Source of the DNA: Psammoneis japonica
Taxonomy: Eukaryota
Length of the DNA stretch: 64,000 nucleotides
Reading direction: 5' to 3'
Assembly: GCA_008632985.1 (NCBI GenBank)
Contig: QPGO01000107.1
Span: 186,001-250,000, forward strand
This document shows positions 51,244 through 63,600 of this stretch, in pieces. The notes below the pieces were generated by a model. That model ran no database searches. It worked only from the letters and a program-made list of their open reading frames with translations, and was not told the DNA's origin. The first letter of the stretch is position 1; the number at the start of each line of letters is the position of its first letter. The translations under genes were made by a program, and so were the position numbers.

Positions 51244-51625
51244 ACGTTCTCAGATAATCAGGAAAAGTTGATTTTATGAGAAACTACTTTGTACGGATAA
51301 GGGGAATAAGTCAATTGATATGATAACAGACAGTCTCTTGCGTTGTTCGCATTTTCTTGGTCGTGTGGTCCCACCAATCTATATACCGTTGCTTCGGGAC
51401 TCGCCCAAGAATTCAGGCGAGCAAGTACCACTGCCTCTGGCGCTGGCTACCTATGAAGTCACTCGTCACACTTCTGAACCGGTTGTTTGGAAAAGAGCTT
51501 ACGAGTAGCACACGGTGTTTGGAGGAATGAACAAAGCTATTGTACTCTAGGGCCCTAAACAACTCTATACCACGCAAAAGAGCCGTCTAATACTGCGTAC
51601 TTATGTTTTGAGGCTGCGACCTTCT

Positions 51626-53209
51626 CTACATGTCATCAAAGTCGTAGTCTTCCGCATCTGCCAAATCGTCTGGTTTGTGTTGGTAATCCATAGCGCTGCC
51701 ATCGCTATCGTCCATTTCTTCATCATCAACCTCTTCTCCAGTTAACACAGCGACAGCTTCCTTGTACGATTGTTCGCCACCTTGCTGCTGTTTGTTTTGT
51801 GTTAGCTGCACAAAATCCATTTCATCCGTCTCCTGCAACGTGTTCATAATCTCGTCATCAAACTTGGACACATCAAATTCTTGACCAAATTGTGACACAA
51901 TGACAGCATCTTGGTGCTTGTCCACCGCGGCTCCTGCACTTTGCTGCAGCGGCGGAGGCGTGTAGTACGGAATCTTGCCGCTGTTCCAATCTCGCAGGAC
52001 CGTCCGGGCGGCAGCCATCTTGTCGGGAATTCCACCCTTGCGTACGCGTCCAAGAGACCGAGCCACCATGGCTAGAAACATCATCACGTCGTTGGGTGGG
52101 AATGCGGGAATGTTGTATGTCATAACGAGACTGGACTGATTGCACCGCTTGACAATGGCGGCTACCGGTGTGATTGGATCCTCCATGGTATCGGCATTGA
52201 CGCAATTCCCCATCATGGCGGAGGAGTCATCAAAGACAACCCCAGGACTATCCAACAAGCGAACGTTCCTGTCCAAGACGACTTCTTGCATGCAGGTGGT
52301 AAATCCCGGTGTGGGGCTAACACCCACAGCGCGGCAACGCTTGAGAGCGTTGATTATACTAGACTTGCCAACGTTGGGATACCCAATGATCCCAACCACA
52401 ATGGTCGACTTGTTGTTTTTCTTGTTGTTGCCAGCGGCTCCAGTACGAGCATAGTTTTTGAGCAATTGCAATAATCCCTCCATACCAACTGGAATGGCCG
52501 AATCTTCATTCACTGTACCACATGCCGCCGCTTTGTCATTGCTTGCCTTGATGGCAATGGTTGGATGAGACTTGCGCAACACAGTCAACCACTGTCCCAC
52601 CACCGTCTTGGGGACTAAATCAATCTTGTTGAGCACCAGCACCATGCGCTTGTCGGCGTGGGACAGCACCGCGTTTTCGACGGACGCATGAATTCTGGAG
52701 GAAATGGGATCGCGAGCATCCAACACTTGGAGCAAGACATCCGCCGAATCGACAACCTTTTTCAATTCGCGTAAATACGCTCTTCGTGATGACTGACCTC
52801 CGCCAGTAGCACTCGTTTCAATGGGATCCTCAGGGACAACTTTGTTTTCAAACGCTTGTCCCTCGTTTTGAGCTCGATCCATGAGTTCCTGAATCGTCGT
52901 GGCTGTTCCACCGGCTTGTTGGTGTTCTCTCAGACTCGCAAGCTGACTCCTTTTACGTTCTTTTGCTTCCGCTTGCTGCTGCTTGGCACGCTCCCGAGTT
53001 CGCTGAATTTCCTTGAGCAGGTCCTGTTTGAACGGCCACGAATTGGGAATGCCGGGATCTTTCTTTTTCTTGTCGTGACGAAAAATTCCAGCCTTGGCAT
53101 CACGCTTGGTTTGCTTTCGTTGCTTCCGGTGAGTCTCAACGACTCGTTTCTGGATCTTGTACTTGTCCTTGAGCGTTACACGCTTGGACTTGCCCTTCTT
53201 CTTGACCAT
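51626..53209 (-). CDS. GNL3: Nucleostemin/Nug1-family circularly permuted GTPase (60S biogenesis)
   Basis: Basic N-terminus with KDPGIPNSWPFK, then VLDARDP, LNKIDL, GYPNVGKSSIIN, LLDSPG and GRVRKGGIPD...DWNSGKIPYYT. ATG at 53209. Confidence 0.93.
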   Translation of the reverse strand: MVKKKGKSKRVTLKDKYKIQKRVVETHRKQRKQTKRDAKAGIFRHDKKKKDPGIPNSWPFKQDLLKEIQRTRERAKQQQAEAKERKRSQLASLREHQQAGGTATTIQELMDRAQNEGQAFENKVVPEDPIETSATGGGQSSRRAYLRELKKVVDSADVLLQVLDARDPISSRIHASVENAVLSHADKRMVLVLNKIDLVPKTVVGQWLTVLRKSHPTIAIKASNDKAAACGTVNEDSAIPVGMEGLLQLLKNYARTGAAGNNKKNNKSTIVVGIIGYPNVGKSSIINALKRCRAVGVSPTPGFTTCMQEVVLDRNVRLLDSPGVVFDDSSAMMGNCVNADTMEDPITPVAAIVKRCNQSSLVMTYNIPAFPPNDVMMFLAMVARSLGRVRKGGIPDKMAAARTVLRDWNSGKIPYYTPPPLQQSAGAAVDKHQDAVIVSQFGQEFDVSKFDDEIMNTLQETDEMDFVQLTQNKQQQGGEQSYKEAVAVLTGEEVDDEEMDDSDGSAMDYQHKPDDLADAEDYDFDDM

Positions 53210-53555
53210 GGTGTCTTCTAATAATGTTATTATGCAGACCGATTTGTTTGAAGGCGTGTCGATTTTGTGGCAGGAAATTCGTGCGAGCGTTTGGTTGGTT
53301 GGCGGCAGTTTTCGCGCGCAAATGTCTGTCATTCCTCCGATCGCTTTGCTCGGCGCCTACATACCGCCTGCGTGAGTGCGCGCTCGCCCGCGCGTCAACA
53401 GGCGGAGAAAGCACAACCACCCAAAACCCAATTAGTCTACAAGTAGAGAGAGGCCACGGCAATGGCGCTGCGCTGCCGCTTTGTCAGCCGTCTGGAATAA
53501 TCAAACGCTAAACACCATCTTCAACTCTTTTCTATTGTAGTCAATTCTTATCCGC

Positions 53556-54968
53556 ATGCAAGCAGTACAATTTTCTTTGGAGAAAATGTTGTCGTTGAAT
53601 GAAAAAACAAAGGCGTCGTCGTCATCACAAACTCAACTACTTCTACCCAATCCCGACGTTGTTCCAAACAGCTTGATTCCAATTGTGCAACCAGCACACA
53701 AGCACACGACAACGCAAACGGAAATTCGTCCCTTGCTTCTCGGAGAAGCTTCTTCTAATACTGAAGAATGTGAGATTTGTCGCAAACACCAAGCGCGATA
53801 CACTTGTCCGAGATGCAGAATATCGTATTGTTCTGTGGTTTGCTACAGAAATCATAATGACGACGGCCGTGGCTGTACCGAAGCATTTTATCAAGAACGT
53901 GTCACGTCCATTTTACAGCTGGAATCAAAAGAATCAGCCCAATCAATGGAATCTATTTTGCATAAATCACATCAGCAGCAAGTAGCAGTGGATCTGTTGG
54001 ATGAGGATGAATTGTACGAATTGGCACTAGCTTTGGAACAGCATGACGACGGTTTTGAAGAAGATGACGAATTGGTGGAGAAATTGTTGACACCGGAGCT
54101 CAAGGCAGCATTTGAAGAAGCGGTTCGTAGTGGAAGTTTGAGTCATGTTGTCGAGCCGTGGCATCCGTGGTGGATGCCCGAGCTCGTTCCTTCACAGCAG
54201 CAACAACAAGACGAGGACGACCAACCACTGACTGCGGACTACACGACGACATTATGCTTAGACGAACGACTCTTGTCTATTCCATCCTTTTCATCCATGA
54301 AAGTGAAAGCATCGCCGACACTACCCTTTAATTTGATTGACCTCTTGTACAGCATTGCGTATACTCTGCGCTTGTACCATGGTGCCGTGAATGCCAAAGC
54401 CATGGCCTGTCCCGAGGCTGCATTTTCGCTCTTGTCGCAATCGAGAGTCTTGAAGGACAATGCAAGATATGACACTACATCAGAGGCTTTGGTATCTTGT
54501 ACAAGTCAAGAAGGAAGCAATCGTGATGGTCTTTGTTGGACGACGTTGGTAGAAGACGTGGCAATAATGCTGTTCCATAATGATGCAGAAGAAGGACATT
54601 ATTTGTGGCGTCGACTCGTAGGACGCGCCCTCTTGGAAGCAACCGACATTTTACAACATGCGATTGCCTCTTTGAAAAAGAAGGATTCAAATCGTACAGT
54701 TCTCAAGAAGGCTAGAAAAAAGCTGGAGTTTTATCTTGCGTGGTCGCAAAGTGCAGATTTGCCTCGTGGCTTTTCTGCTCAAATTCGCGAACGGGCGAGT
54801 GACTGGAGCGCCGAGGACCATGATTTAAAAGAGTTGCGAATGCCCAGTCAAAGCTCAAGAGACAACAGGACTAGTACTGCTTCTTCTTCTCAAACACACG
54901 GACCTGCGTCGGAACAAGAAGATGCGTCCGCTTTGATGAAGGTGCAAAGTACGAGAATGCTAAAGTAA
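53556..54968 (+). CDS. ZNHIT2: Zinc finger HIT domain protein (ZNHIT2-like)
   Basis: CEIC...YTCPRCRISYCSVVCYRNH...CTEAFY, W.PWW motif and C-terminal ARKKLEFYLAW. Confidence 0.82.
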   Translation: MQAVQFSLEKMLSLNEKTKASSSSQTQLLLPNPDVVPNSLIPIVQPAHKHTTTQTEIRPLLLGEASSNTEECEICRKHQARYTCPRCRISYCSVVCYRNHNDDGRGCTEAFYQERVTSILQLESKESAQSMESILHKSHQQQVAVDLLDEDELYELALALEQHDDGFEEDDELVEKLLTPELKAAFEEAVRSGSLSHVVEPWHPWWMPELVPSQQQQQDEDDQPLTADYTTTLCLDERLLSIPSFSSMKVKASPTLPFNLIDLLYSIAYTLRLYHGAVNAKAMACPEAAFSLLSQSRVLKDNARYDTTSEALVSCTSQEGSNRDGLCWTTLVEDVAIMLFHNDAEEGHYLWRRLVGRALLEATDILQHAIASLKKKDSNRTVLKKARKKLEFYLAWSQSADLPRGFSAQIRERASDWSAEDHDLKELRMPSQSSRDNRTSTASSSQTHGPASEQEDASALMKVQSTRMLK

Positions 54969-55774
54969 GAATATAGGCTACAGCGAGCTTCCCGAGCAAA
55001 GAGGTTGTCGGTCAAGCTTAACATTTCGTGAGAAGATTGAAAAGTTCTTGAGGGTTCCGGACAACTCCCTGGAAAGGCAGTGGAACAGAAATAACCTCTC
55101 CGTCACTTGGTCTACGAATGGCACCAGAATATGTACCAGCTGCCGCTTGATGAAACTATTAGATTACAAGGCTAAGTTAGATGCATAAAGAGAAGATAAA
55201 CAAGACGAATACTGATGTGCCTGGGTCGGCATGGCGCGAGGAAGTACCCTAGTTTTCAATCTAGAAAAGTGTTGCACCTTGACGTAGATTTATGCGGTGT
55301 CTCTATGGGCCCTATTTGCATTTGAGTACCGGTAGCGCTTCAATGTGGGTGTAACGGTATCTTTTTGCTTTGCTTTTTTTCAGGTTGGGATTGTGAAGGA
55401 GTCGCTTGCTCTTCCGCAGTCGCAAAAAGCAAAACCTACACGTACAAATGGATGTCATTGCGTGGTTCGCGTGTTGAACAAAGGCAGTACGTGTAGTAAC
55501 CTTACCGTGTAGAAGGTGAAGTGCAAGTGCGCCCGTGAGTTTCGTCTTATGCTGCCTGCCTTCCATGCACGCCACAGATCAGGTTTACATGTAATTCGAG
55601 CTTTTGAAGAAAGCTAAAGAATCCTGCATTATTTACCTGTCATTGTTAATTAATCGGATATACACTAGGTAACGGTAACGGAGAAAACGTGTGAAGCGTT
55701 TGTGTCTCACACTGTATGTAGAGAACCTGTGATGCTGGATCAAGGGATACCTTGCTTGGGCTGGATGGAACGGC

Positions 55775-56773
55775 TCAACCAACATAATACTTGAGTTCAT
55801 TCTGAGCTTCGTGGGAGGACTTGTTTTTCTGGTATGGCCAAACATCGTAGACATCGTTGCTTCCACAAAAGCCATAAAGAGACGCCCCAGCAACTGTGTG
55901 GTTGCTCAGTACGACCAAGCAGTAGTCGAATCCCTCCGCATTGCAGTCCTTGTCGATAAACATAAGGCGATGGTTCGCCCCACCGACAAGACTGGGACTA
56001 TTTTTTGGTGCATGGCAATTGGCGCTGTTCAGAACTTTTTTGGGTATGGCGCTGACTCGTTTGCGCTCGTCCATGAACATCATGCCGTACTCCATTGTAC
56101 TACGAATTGCCTTCCAATGGGCAGCGGTCGAGATCGAAAACTCATGAGGCGATACGATATCTTTAACGAATTTCTCTGGCTTTCTCCCGTCTCGGTGATT
56201 TGCAAAAAGCGCCCAGCCACCCGTCAGTATTCTTCCATTCTTGGTCGTAATCGAAGTAGTTTGATCGCACCATACCTGAAAAGGCTCGATTCCAACGTCT
56301 GGTCCATCCGGATCAATTGTGTAGAAGCCGTTGTCTTTGAAGCCAGCTTCGTAGTGTGATCGGCACGAAGGACGAGCAAAGTTCCTATCGTTACCATCAA
56401 AGGAGCATGAACATTCACCAGCAACGCCGGGAGGGCCGCGTCTACCTGTGGGCCCCACCACAGATCCCAAGTTGCGCCTCGACTGCCTGCCGTCGCAGTG
56501 AAGAGTGCGGATCAGTTGTCCTGCCGCATTCACTCTATAGCTCGCCGAATCCAGACATTCAAGATCTGCTTCTAATTTTCTGTATGACCTTTCCAGGGCA
56601 GTGAGCCTATCAAGAAGACTCTTGTCGTTGACGACCTGCTTCTCGACTCTGTGGACTTGATCGGGATGGGCGCCTTCCTCAGAAAGTTCGCGTAACGTAG
56701 TCGTAGTGTTGTTAGCCTTGGTGGCTCCTGTAAGAGCAAGCAATGATATCAACAATAAGGAGTAATGGCGCAT
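55775..56773 (-). CDS. Secreted protein with coiled coil, short collagen-like G-X-Y run and fibrinogen C-terminal-like domain
   Basis: Signal peptide, GPTGRRGPPGVAG, and SCRSHYEAG...GFYTIDPDG...PFQVWCDQTT...GGWALFA. Confidence 0.75.
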   Translation of the reverse strand: MRHYSLLLISLLALTGATKANNTTTTLRELSEEGAHPDQVHRVEKQVVNDKSLLDRLTALERSYRKLEADLECLDSASYRVNAAGQLIRTLHCDGRQSRRNLGSVVGPTGRRGPPGVAGECSCSFDGNDRNFARPSCRSHYEAGFKDNGFYTIDPDGPDVGIEPFQVWCDQTTSITTKNGRILTGGWALFANHRDGRKPEKFVKDIVSPHEFSISTAAHWKAIRSTMEYGMMFMDERKRVSAIPKKVLNSANCHAPKNSPSLVGGANHRLMFIDKDCNAEGFDYCLVVLSNHTVAGASLYGFCGSNDVYDVWPYQKNKSSHEAQNELKYYVG

Positions 56774-57214
56774 GGTTTGATTTGGAATAAACTTTGTTGT
56801 CTGATTTCATAGAGCGGACAACGGAAGTTGTGACAGGTGACAGGTTGTGACAAAGAAAAGAGAGTGTGTTTCTGCGATGAGACCTCTTACCATGCGGTGA
56901 AGCGGAAGAAAGAGATTCCGACCGGGATTATCGCAGCACGGTACGAATGCACATTTGGTGATGCAAGAAGGGAATCTGGCTTTGCGGGTGTTCTGTTCAT
57001 GCCTCCCCTCCAGTTCTCATTCTTCAATAAATGTTGGTTTTGCGGGACTCACTCAACGGCCGCCAACGACTGAGACGACTCTACCGGCGCTGCTTGGGCA
57101 GAACTCGCCCTTTTCACCTCCAGTTCTCATTTTTCAGCAAGGAATGATGGTTTTGTGGGACCCACTCAATGGCCATCACTCTGACTCCACCTCTCTACAT
57201 GACTGGCTCTACCT

Positions 57215-58740
57215 GGTGTGCAGCATGATGTGCCACACTCTCGCAACACTGCTGGGCTGTGCAAGTGTCCCCCATGTGTGCACACGTGCCAGCAGCTCAG
57301 CGACTCCTTGGGCTTTTTGCAGGTTTTTGGAGGAAGACAGGTGAGGAACCATGCACACAACATGTGTGCACATTGACTGGCCATTGACAGAAGATGACAA
57401 CACACAAGGACAGCACTTGTGTGGTTGCACATGATGCACACAGCAGCAACACAACACGACCTCACACACAAGCAGGGTCAGGGAAACTTTGAGGAGGTGC
57501 GACCAGCCATGTGTGATCCAGGAGGGCACAAGCCAACAGGAGAGTTTGCGTGGCTCCTGTTCACATGCTCTGTTTCCATGGATGCCAGCTGATCTCATGA
57601 TTTCTGCAAAAGACAACTTTTGACAACCTGCTGTTTTTGTCACCTGCACACGTGAAGAAAGTGTGTGTGAGGTGCCAGCATGGTCAGAGCTCCCTTGCAG
57701 GGAGATCTCTTCAAGCTGCTTTCTTGAGCTCTGTGCACATGCAATGGTTGACAGACTGACCAAAAATTGTTGGCAAACGCTCTTTGTGGTCAAAAGTGGC
57801 AAATTTTGCAATGAGCCCAGCACGTGTTTCCCAGCTTGGAGCCATCCTCACTTCAAGTCAAAAGGAGGCAAGCACCAACAAGAAACAGGGGAGGAACATG
57901 ACCCAGCAGAACTTGCTTCTGCCCAAAACAAGCCAGAGGCAGTTGATGGGGGGGCAATGATTTGACACAAAAATCTGCTTGATCCTCTGAGAAAATTCTT
58001 CTGCGCCAGCGAGAAAAAAAAGTGCGCGAGGCACCAGCATGGTCAGAGCCCCTTTGCAAGGAGATCTCTTTAAGCTGCTTTCTTGAGCCATGTGCATGTG
58101 CAATGGTTGACAAACTCGCCAAAAATTGTTGGCAACAAACAAGCCATGCAGTTGATGACAGGACAATGGCTGGTGTGCTGAAATCTGCTTGATCCTCTGA
58201 GAAACTTCTTCTGCGAGCCAGCCAGAAAAAGAACAACAGCTTTTCTTTTTGACTTGAGGGGTGCACCCTGCTTGGTCCAGCCCACTGCAACTCTGCTGTG
58301 TGGAGTGCATTTTTTGTGACATCAGTTTGGCAACTTTTGGAAAGATGATGTGCGCTTGTTTGCCAGCGCTGGCCAAACTTTTGCAGCTGTCTCATTGCTG
58401 GAGGCACAGACATGCTTGCACAAGCGCAACTTCTGAGATGGAGATTTTTGCATCAATGGAGTGTGTGCTCCAGAACAAACAAATTGACAAAAGGACAAAA
58501 AATGTTTTTTTGAAATTGTTGCTGATGTCTGCTTCCTTTTCTCTTCACCAAAGCAAAGGCTGTGAAAAAATGTGCTTCAGGCCTCTTGCACTTGCAGTCA
58601 ATGAGACAAACAGCTGTTGCTTGGTGTGTGATGGTGGAACATGCCCCGTTGTGCTGCACAAGAAGCTGGAGTGTGTGTTGTTTGGTGTTCATGTGAGATG
58701 ATGAGAGGTTTGTTTTAGGAGAGTGATGTGAACAAAGACA
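57215..58740. other. Isolated TpA/CpG-depleted island, probable transposon relic with internal duplications
   Basis: Only a couple of TpA in ~1.5 kb. ~57660-57780 is duplicated at ~58020-58137, and AAATCTGCTTGATCCTCTGAGAAA occurs at ~57970 and ~58181. Abrupt switch to TA-rich DNA at ~58741. Confidence 0.7.
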
Positions 58741-59194
58741 TGTTTATATTTTTTATACAAATATTCATAACTTTATATGAATCTTAGTATCGCTTTGGAA
58801 AATAATGAACGATCTTGAGACTTGAACAACAAAACCGAATGAATATTTCAAATGTGTCCAGCTTTGAATAAATTTAAAGTGTTCTAAGTAAATTTGATAT
58901 ATCAGTTGCAGTATAAATTCAAGCTTATAAATACGTATAATTTAAATTACCTGAACGGGTTTATGTTTATATACTCATGGATATGTCGACAAAAATCTGA
59001 GTTAAATTTTTGGCGCGAAAAGCCAACACGCACTTTTCCTCAGTGTTGCACCAACAATAACGCATTGCATGTTTCCCGCTCACACAACGGGACTTCATCT
59101 CTGCTTTAGCCTTTAGAACGTGCAGAGAATAAGAGTATATTACTAGTGGTAAGAAAGAGCAGAGTGTCATCCTTGCAAATAATAGAAAAAAGTC

Positions 59195-60403
59195 ATGGTG
59201 TTTTCCGACGATCAGCCAGACGACGAGTATGCTGTTGTAACTCCTGAACGAGACGTTGTACCGATGGATGAACAACAACAATGGGGCAACGACTACGATT
59301 TAGTATCGGAAGAAGCGTCTGCCTACTTTTTGCGTCCCAGTCCAACGTGGCCACCGGCAGAAGACATGATTTCCGTCACGAGCGAATCTACTGGTCAAAA
59401 TAATAAGGCAGCAGGCAAGGACTCCTCGGTAGGTTCGCGTTCACTGCAAGTGTTGCCAGAGGAGGAAAGGTCTCCAAGTTTTGAAAGCACTGGTGGGGTC
59501 GGGGATGAGGAGTCATCACCAGGTCGCAAAAAGTTCTCTGACTCGGACACCTACCAAAGCTTGTTTGAGCTTGACGAATCTATTGCAGACTCGGCCGTTG
59601 ATGCAGAACCCTCCTACTCACCGTTGCGCAAGCTTCATCGAGAGTTTGGGCATCAAGCTCGTACTCAGCCAGTCACGCCACCAAGGCGAGGTGGTTCCAT
59701 TGGTGTGATGAATGCAGCGCATTCTCCCATACGCAGAAAGAAGAACGAGGTTTTTGAGGATGAATTTGATATGCCTCTGCACGATCCACTCGCGGCGGTC
59801 ATTTCAGCAAACCCAACGTATTCACCCATACGAAGTACGCAAGATGTGTATGGAGACGAGTTTGCACCTCAACCTTATGCGCCCCCGGAACAAGAATCGT
59901 TTGCTGTTACGGCAGCCGATACAGAACCGACGTTTTCTACCTTGACGAATTCCCTGGCTGTCACCGCAGGAGCCGATTCATCAGATCCAACGTTTTCCAC
60001 CATGACAGACAGCGTAGTCCGCGAGACGCCCGACTATAATGGCAATGCTGAAATGGCTCAACCAGTACTAGTCAACGATCCTCGCGATGACAGCATGCAA
60101 GAATCCTACGTTAGTATTTTGAGGAAACCACGAAAAGGAGGTTCAAGACCAAAGTCCAACAAAAAGAAACGTGTCACGATTCAAGCAGAAGAGCGTCAAG
60201 GTCGTTCCTATGGACGACGCAGTAGTAGTAGGCAACGAGGAAGGCATCGTTTCTGTTGTAGGACAGCTGTGGATGAAGTGGAAGGTACCTTTGAGGATTG
60301 CCTCGGTGCCTTTGATGAGATTTGCAGTGTCTTCACCTTGAGAGGCGTTGAGATTGACGCTGTCGCACGCCGAATCCAAAGGGCGAAACGCGAGATCAAG
60401 TAA
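59195..60403 (+). CDS. Hypothetical, largely disordered protein
   Basis: 402-aa ORF with normal codon composition; no recognised domain. Confidence 0.7.
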   Translation: MVFSDDQPDDEYAVVTPERDVVPMDEQQQWGNDYDLVSEEASAYFLRPSPTWPPAEDMISVTSESTGQNNKAAGKDSSVGSRSLQVLPEEERSPSFESTGGVGDEESSPGRKKFSDSDTYQSLFELDESIADSAVDAEPSYSPLRKLHREFGHQARTQPVTPPRRGGSIGVMNAAHSPIRRKKNEVFEDEFDMPLHDPLAAVISANPTYSPIRSTQDVYGDEFAPQPYAPPEQESFAVTAADTEPTFSTLTNSLAVTAGADSSDPTFSTMTDSVVRETPDYNGNAEMAQPVLVNDPRDDSMQESYVSILRKPRKGGSRPKSNKKKRVTIQAEERQGRSYGRRSSSRQRGRHRFCCRTAVDEVEGTFEDCLGAFDEICSVFTLRGVEIDAVARRIQRAKREIK

Positions 60404-60636
60404 CGAGCTCATGATACTCCAAGATTCGTATGCATTGCAGATTATGATGCCCCATCGTTAACTCTAGTAGGAGCACACATCATAGTGTACGGTAGATAGC
60501 ACGTTGCACCCTGTGTATGGAAAACCGTTGTTTCACAAAACAGTTCAAAAATAATATAGCTCATGATAATGTCTTTTCACAGGTTTTCTGACGTATTGTA
60601 AACCTAAAGGGAAGTATAACTAATATAAGAAGCCAC

Positions 60637-63600
60637 CTAAAGCGAACCTTCGAGGGCATCCTCTCCGTCCATGGACCAGTCCTGCTGAGAACCGGTTTGC
60701 ACCCTTGAATCATTCTGAATCGTCTCCAATTTCCGTCCAGTCGGGGGGCGATCGGATCCTGAACGAGACCGATTGACAGGAGGAGTCTTGGAGGAATCCG
60801 CCCTCTGTCCATCCTCATCGTTGGGCTCGTACATAACTTGCATGACGACAGACTGGAGTTCAGAAACCATCTTTTCAAGCCGCTGCTGAGAAGAGCTGAC
60901 TTCCATCAGCAAGTGAGCCTTGGAACGATCCGACATTTGGCGAATGCGTCCCTCCATAGCCATGAGTTCTTCGGTGAAAGCCATCTTGGTCTGCTCTTGA
61001 GAGGAATCGATCATGCGCTTCACATCGGAATGGATATGAGCAGCACTGCCACCCCACCTTTCCACGATATCTTGAGGATCCAACTTTTTCGGGTTGGGGT
61101 CGGACTTCCTGTGCATCGTGCCGTTTCCTTCGTCGTCCGAAACGCCCAGAATCATGAGCATGAGAGCACGAAATGGCCAAAAGATGCATCGAAACAAACC
61201 GCAACCGCTGAGCCTGTTGCAAAGGGTTGGATCAGTCGATCTGGTCTCGGTCAAGTCAAAGTAGGTCATGTGCGAGACAAAGGCAAGAATTCCAAAAATG
61301 GCAAACACAACGAGAGCCGCAAAGATCAATATGAGAAGAGTATCTCCGTAGAAATCGTCAAAGTGATCACGGATTTCTCGGAAGAATAGAACCATAATCA
61401 ACACCGAGGCGGCAAAGAAGAGAATGGCCGCAACGTATTGCATCAGGGTCCACTCTCCCTCAATCATGCGCCGAAAGGCACGGAGATGAGCTACATAGAC
61501 GAGGCGAGCTCGAGATCCATGCTCGGGACGTGCCGTACTGAAGCGAGCTGTCGTAAACTTGGCGTGTGCTTCCACAACCACAGCAATCAGCACATAAAAG
61601 AGTATCATGCCGACAAAGACAGTGAAGATCACAAAGAGCACCACAGAGAAGGCTGTCGTAAAGTCGTCCAAATTGAACTGGCCAAGTACAATGGAATACA
61701 GCTCCAGGTAGACATTCTTCTTGTCGCATAGGCCGGAAGAGCATTGGCCGTTGTTGTCGTAGAGTATAACGTAGAACATGTTTGCAAACGACAGGACTGT
61801 GATTGTCAGGATAAAGAAGAAGACAGTGCAGTCTTTCATTACCTGTAAAATTCGCAAGGAAGAGGAGAGGGAAAAGTTGAGCTCGGCAAAGATCGACAAT
61901 GAAGTTCACGTGGTGATTGCAAGTTACTTACCTGCCGAAGCATATCGATGAATGTGGTGACACCCCAATTGATAATGTAGAACCACCTCAGAACACAGAC
62001 CCAAAGCATGCCAATTGTGACAGCCAAGTACCCTCGAATATACTTGTCGTCTATAGGATCGCTGTTGCTCTTGTCGTTGACAATAATCTCCATCCAAACG
62101 AGTCCGCCAATAGTCATGCCTATCGAGAGCCAATCAATAAACAAATCCCCAACCGGAAATTGTTTGCCAGAAAGGCACTGCGGCTAATCTTAATCATGGA
62201 TGCCATTTGCGCCAATTTCCAACCAACACGAAAGATGATACATACGAGACTCACGTAAAAGGTCACGAGATAGCGATTTCCGTATTGGCCTCCTCCAGAA
62301 AGTAATTGGTAGCAACCGTAAAGCCCACCAAAAGCATAATGTGAAACCACAAATCAAAAAAGGCCATGAGCAGAGTCTGTCTCTGCACCAACTCTTGGTC
62401 CTGAATATGACGCATCAAGTGGGTCTTGGCAACCCGATCGACCATCTCGACATTTTCCAATGCCAAGACGGCCGGCAAGAGGTAGTCGAGACGAGACACC
62501 TTTTTGTATAGTCGTAGCCGCTGCTGCGACGTGGGCACGCCCTTGTTGGGAAATCCCTTGAAGGTTGCGTCGCCATAGGGGTCGGCGGTCTCGGGGTTGG
62601 ACGAGAGCATTTCGAGAAACTGCACTCCCCGTTCGGCAACATCGCTGTCAATGGCTTCGAGCATGTACACGAGCCAATTGCCAATGGTGTGTGGGTTATA
62701 AATCATGCGCTTGACAATCGTGAGATTGAAGAGCCTCTGTTTGGCGGGATTGGAGTCTTCCAGCAACAAGAGTGTCTTCATGAGCGAGGGAATGGACGAT
62801 ACGGCCGAAACAAGCGTATGGGCAATCCACTCGGCATCGTCGTGGGTATTTCCAAAGACACGAGTATCAGCTCCCGGCGTTGGCGGGCGTTCTCGGTGTC
62901 GCTGTTGAGCCTGCCACGCGCCCAAGACGGTACCATCCTCTTCGTCTTCGTCGCTTGCGTCTTGTGCTCCATTCTCAAAATACTCAACCATGTTGCTCAA
63001 CATTTTGAGACACCACTCCACAACGGGCGGGACGGGAATGTCTTGTGGAAAAATATCATCGAAACTGGCGCCGTCTGGAGCCGACGAGAAGGATCCCAAG
63101 GACATGTCATCTCGCGCAAAAAACACTTGCTGCTGCTTGGTTCCATCCCGAGACGTCCTTGTCGAGGTGGTTTGCGGCTCCTTTCTGCGCTTTTCTGGCT
63201 TGGCTTCTTCATCTTCCTCCAAATCGGTGTGTTCTCCGTCTTCCATGCTGGAGAGACTGGTGCCTCGATACAAGGCACGAGTACCATTGCCGGCAGCAGC
63301 TGCACCGCCGTGGTCACTTACAATACTGGTGGAGTAGACCGACTTGAAGGCGGACGGAAGGGACACATTGGTAATGTTGGTCCATACACTGCGAGATCCA
63401 ACCGTCCCCTCATCGTCTGAAGGCTGCGATGATCGACGTTTCTGCCTTGACGATGCGGATGCGTCTTGCACAACACGCTCCATTCCCTCCACGGGGGAGA
63501 TGTTGCTGACAACATCAGGACGAGAATAAGCTTCTGCTGCCCTGCCTTCTTCCACGTTGTTCAAGACTTGATTCATGGCGCCATCCGCGTCAATGGGAAG

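Noticed and set aside
51626..54968. Functional cluster of RNP-biogenesis genes (GNL3 and ZNHIT2 head-to-head, PRP31 nearby)
   Set aside because: Divergent housekeeping pairs are common in compact genomes, and PRP31 is ~50 kb away.
58741..59150. Helitron 3' end (CTAG at ~59143) or other terminus for the 57-58.7 kb island
   Set aside because: No appropriately spaced hairpin or matching 5' end found; treated as AT-rich intergenic DNA.
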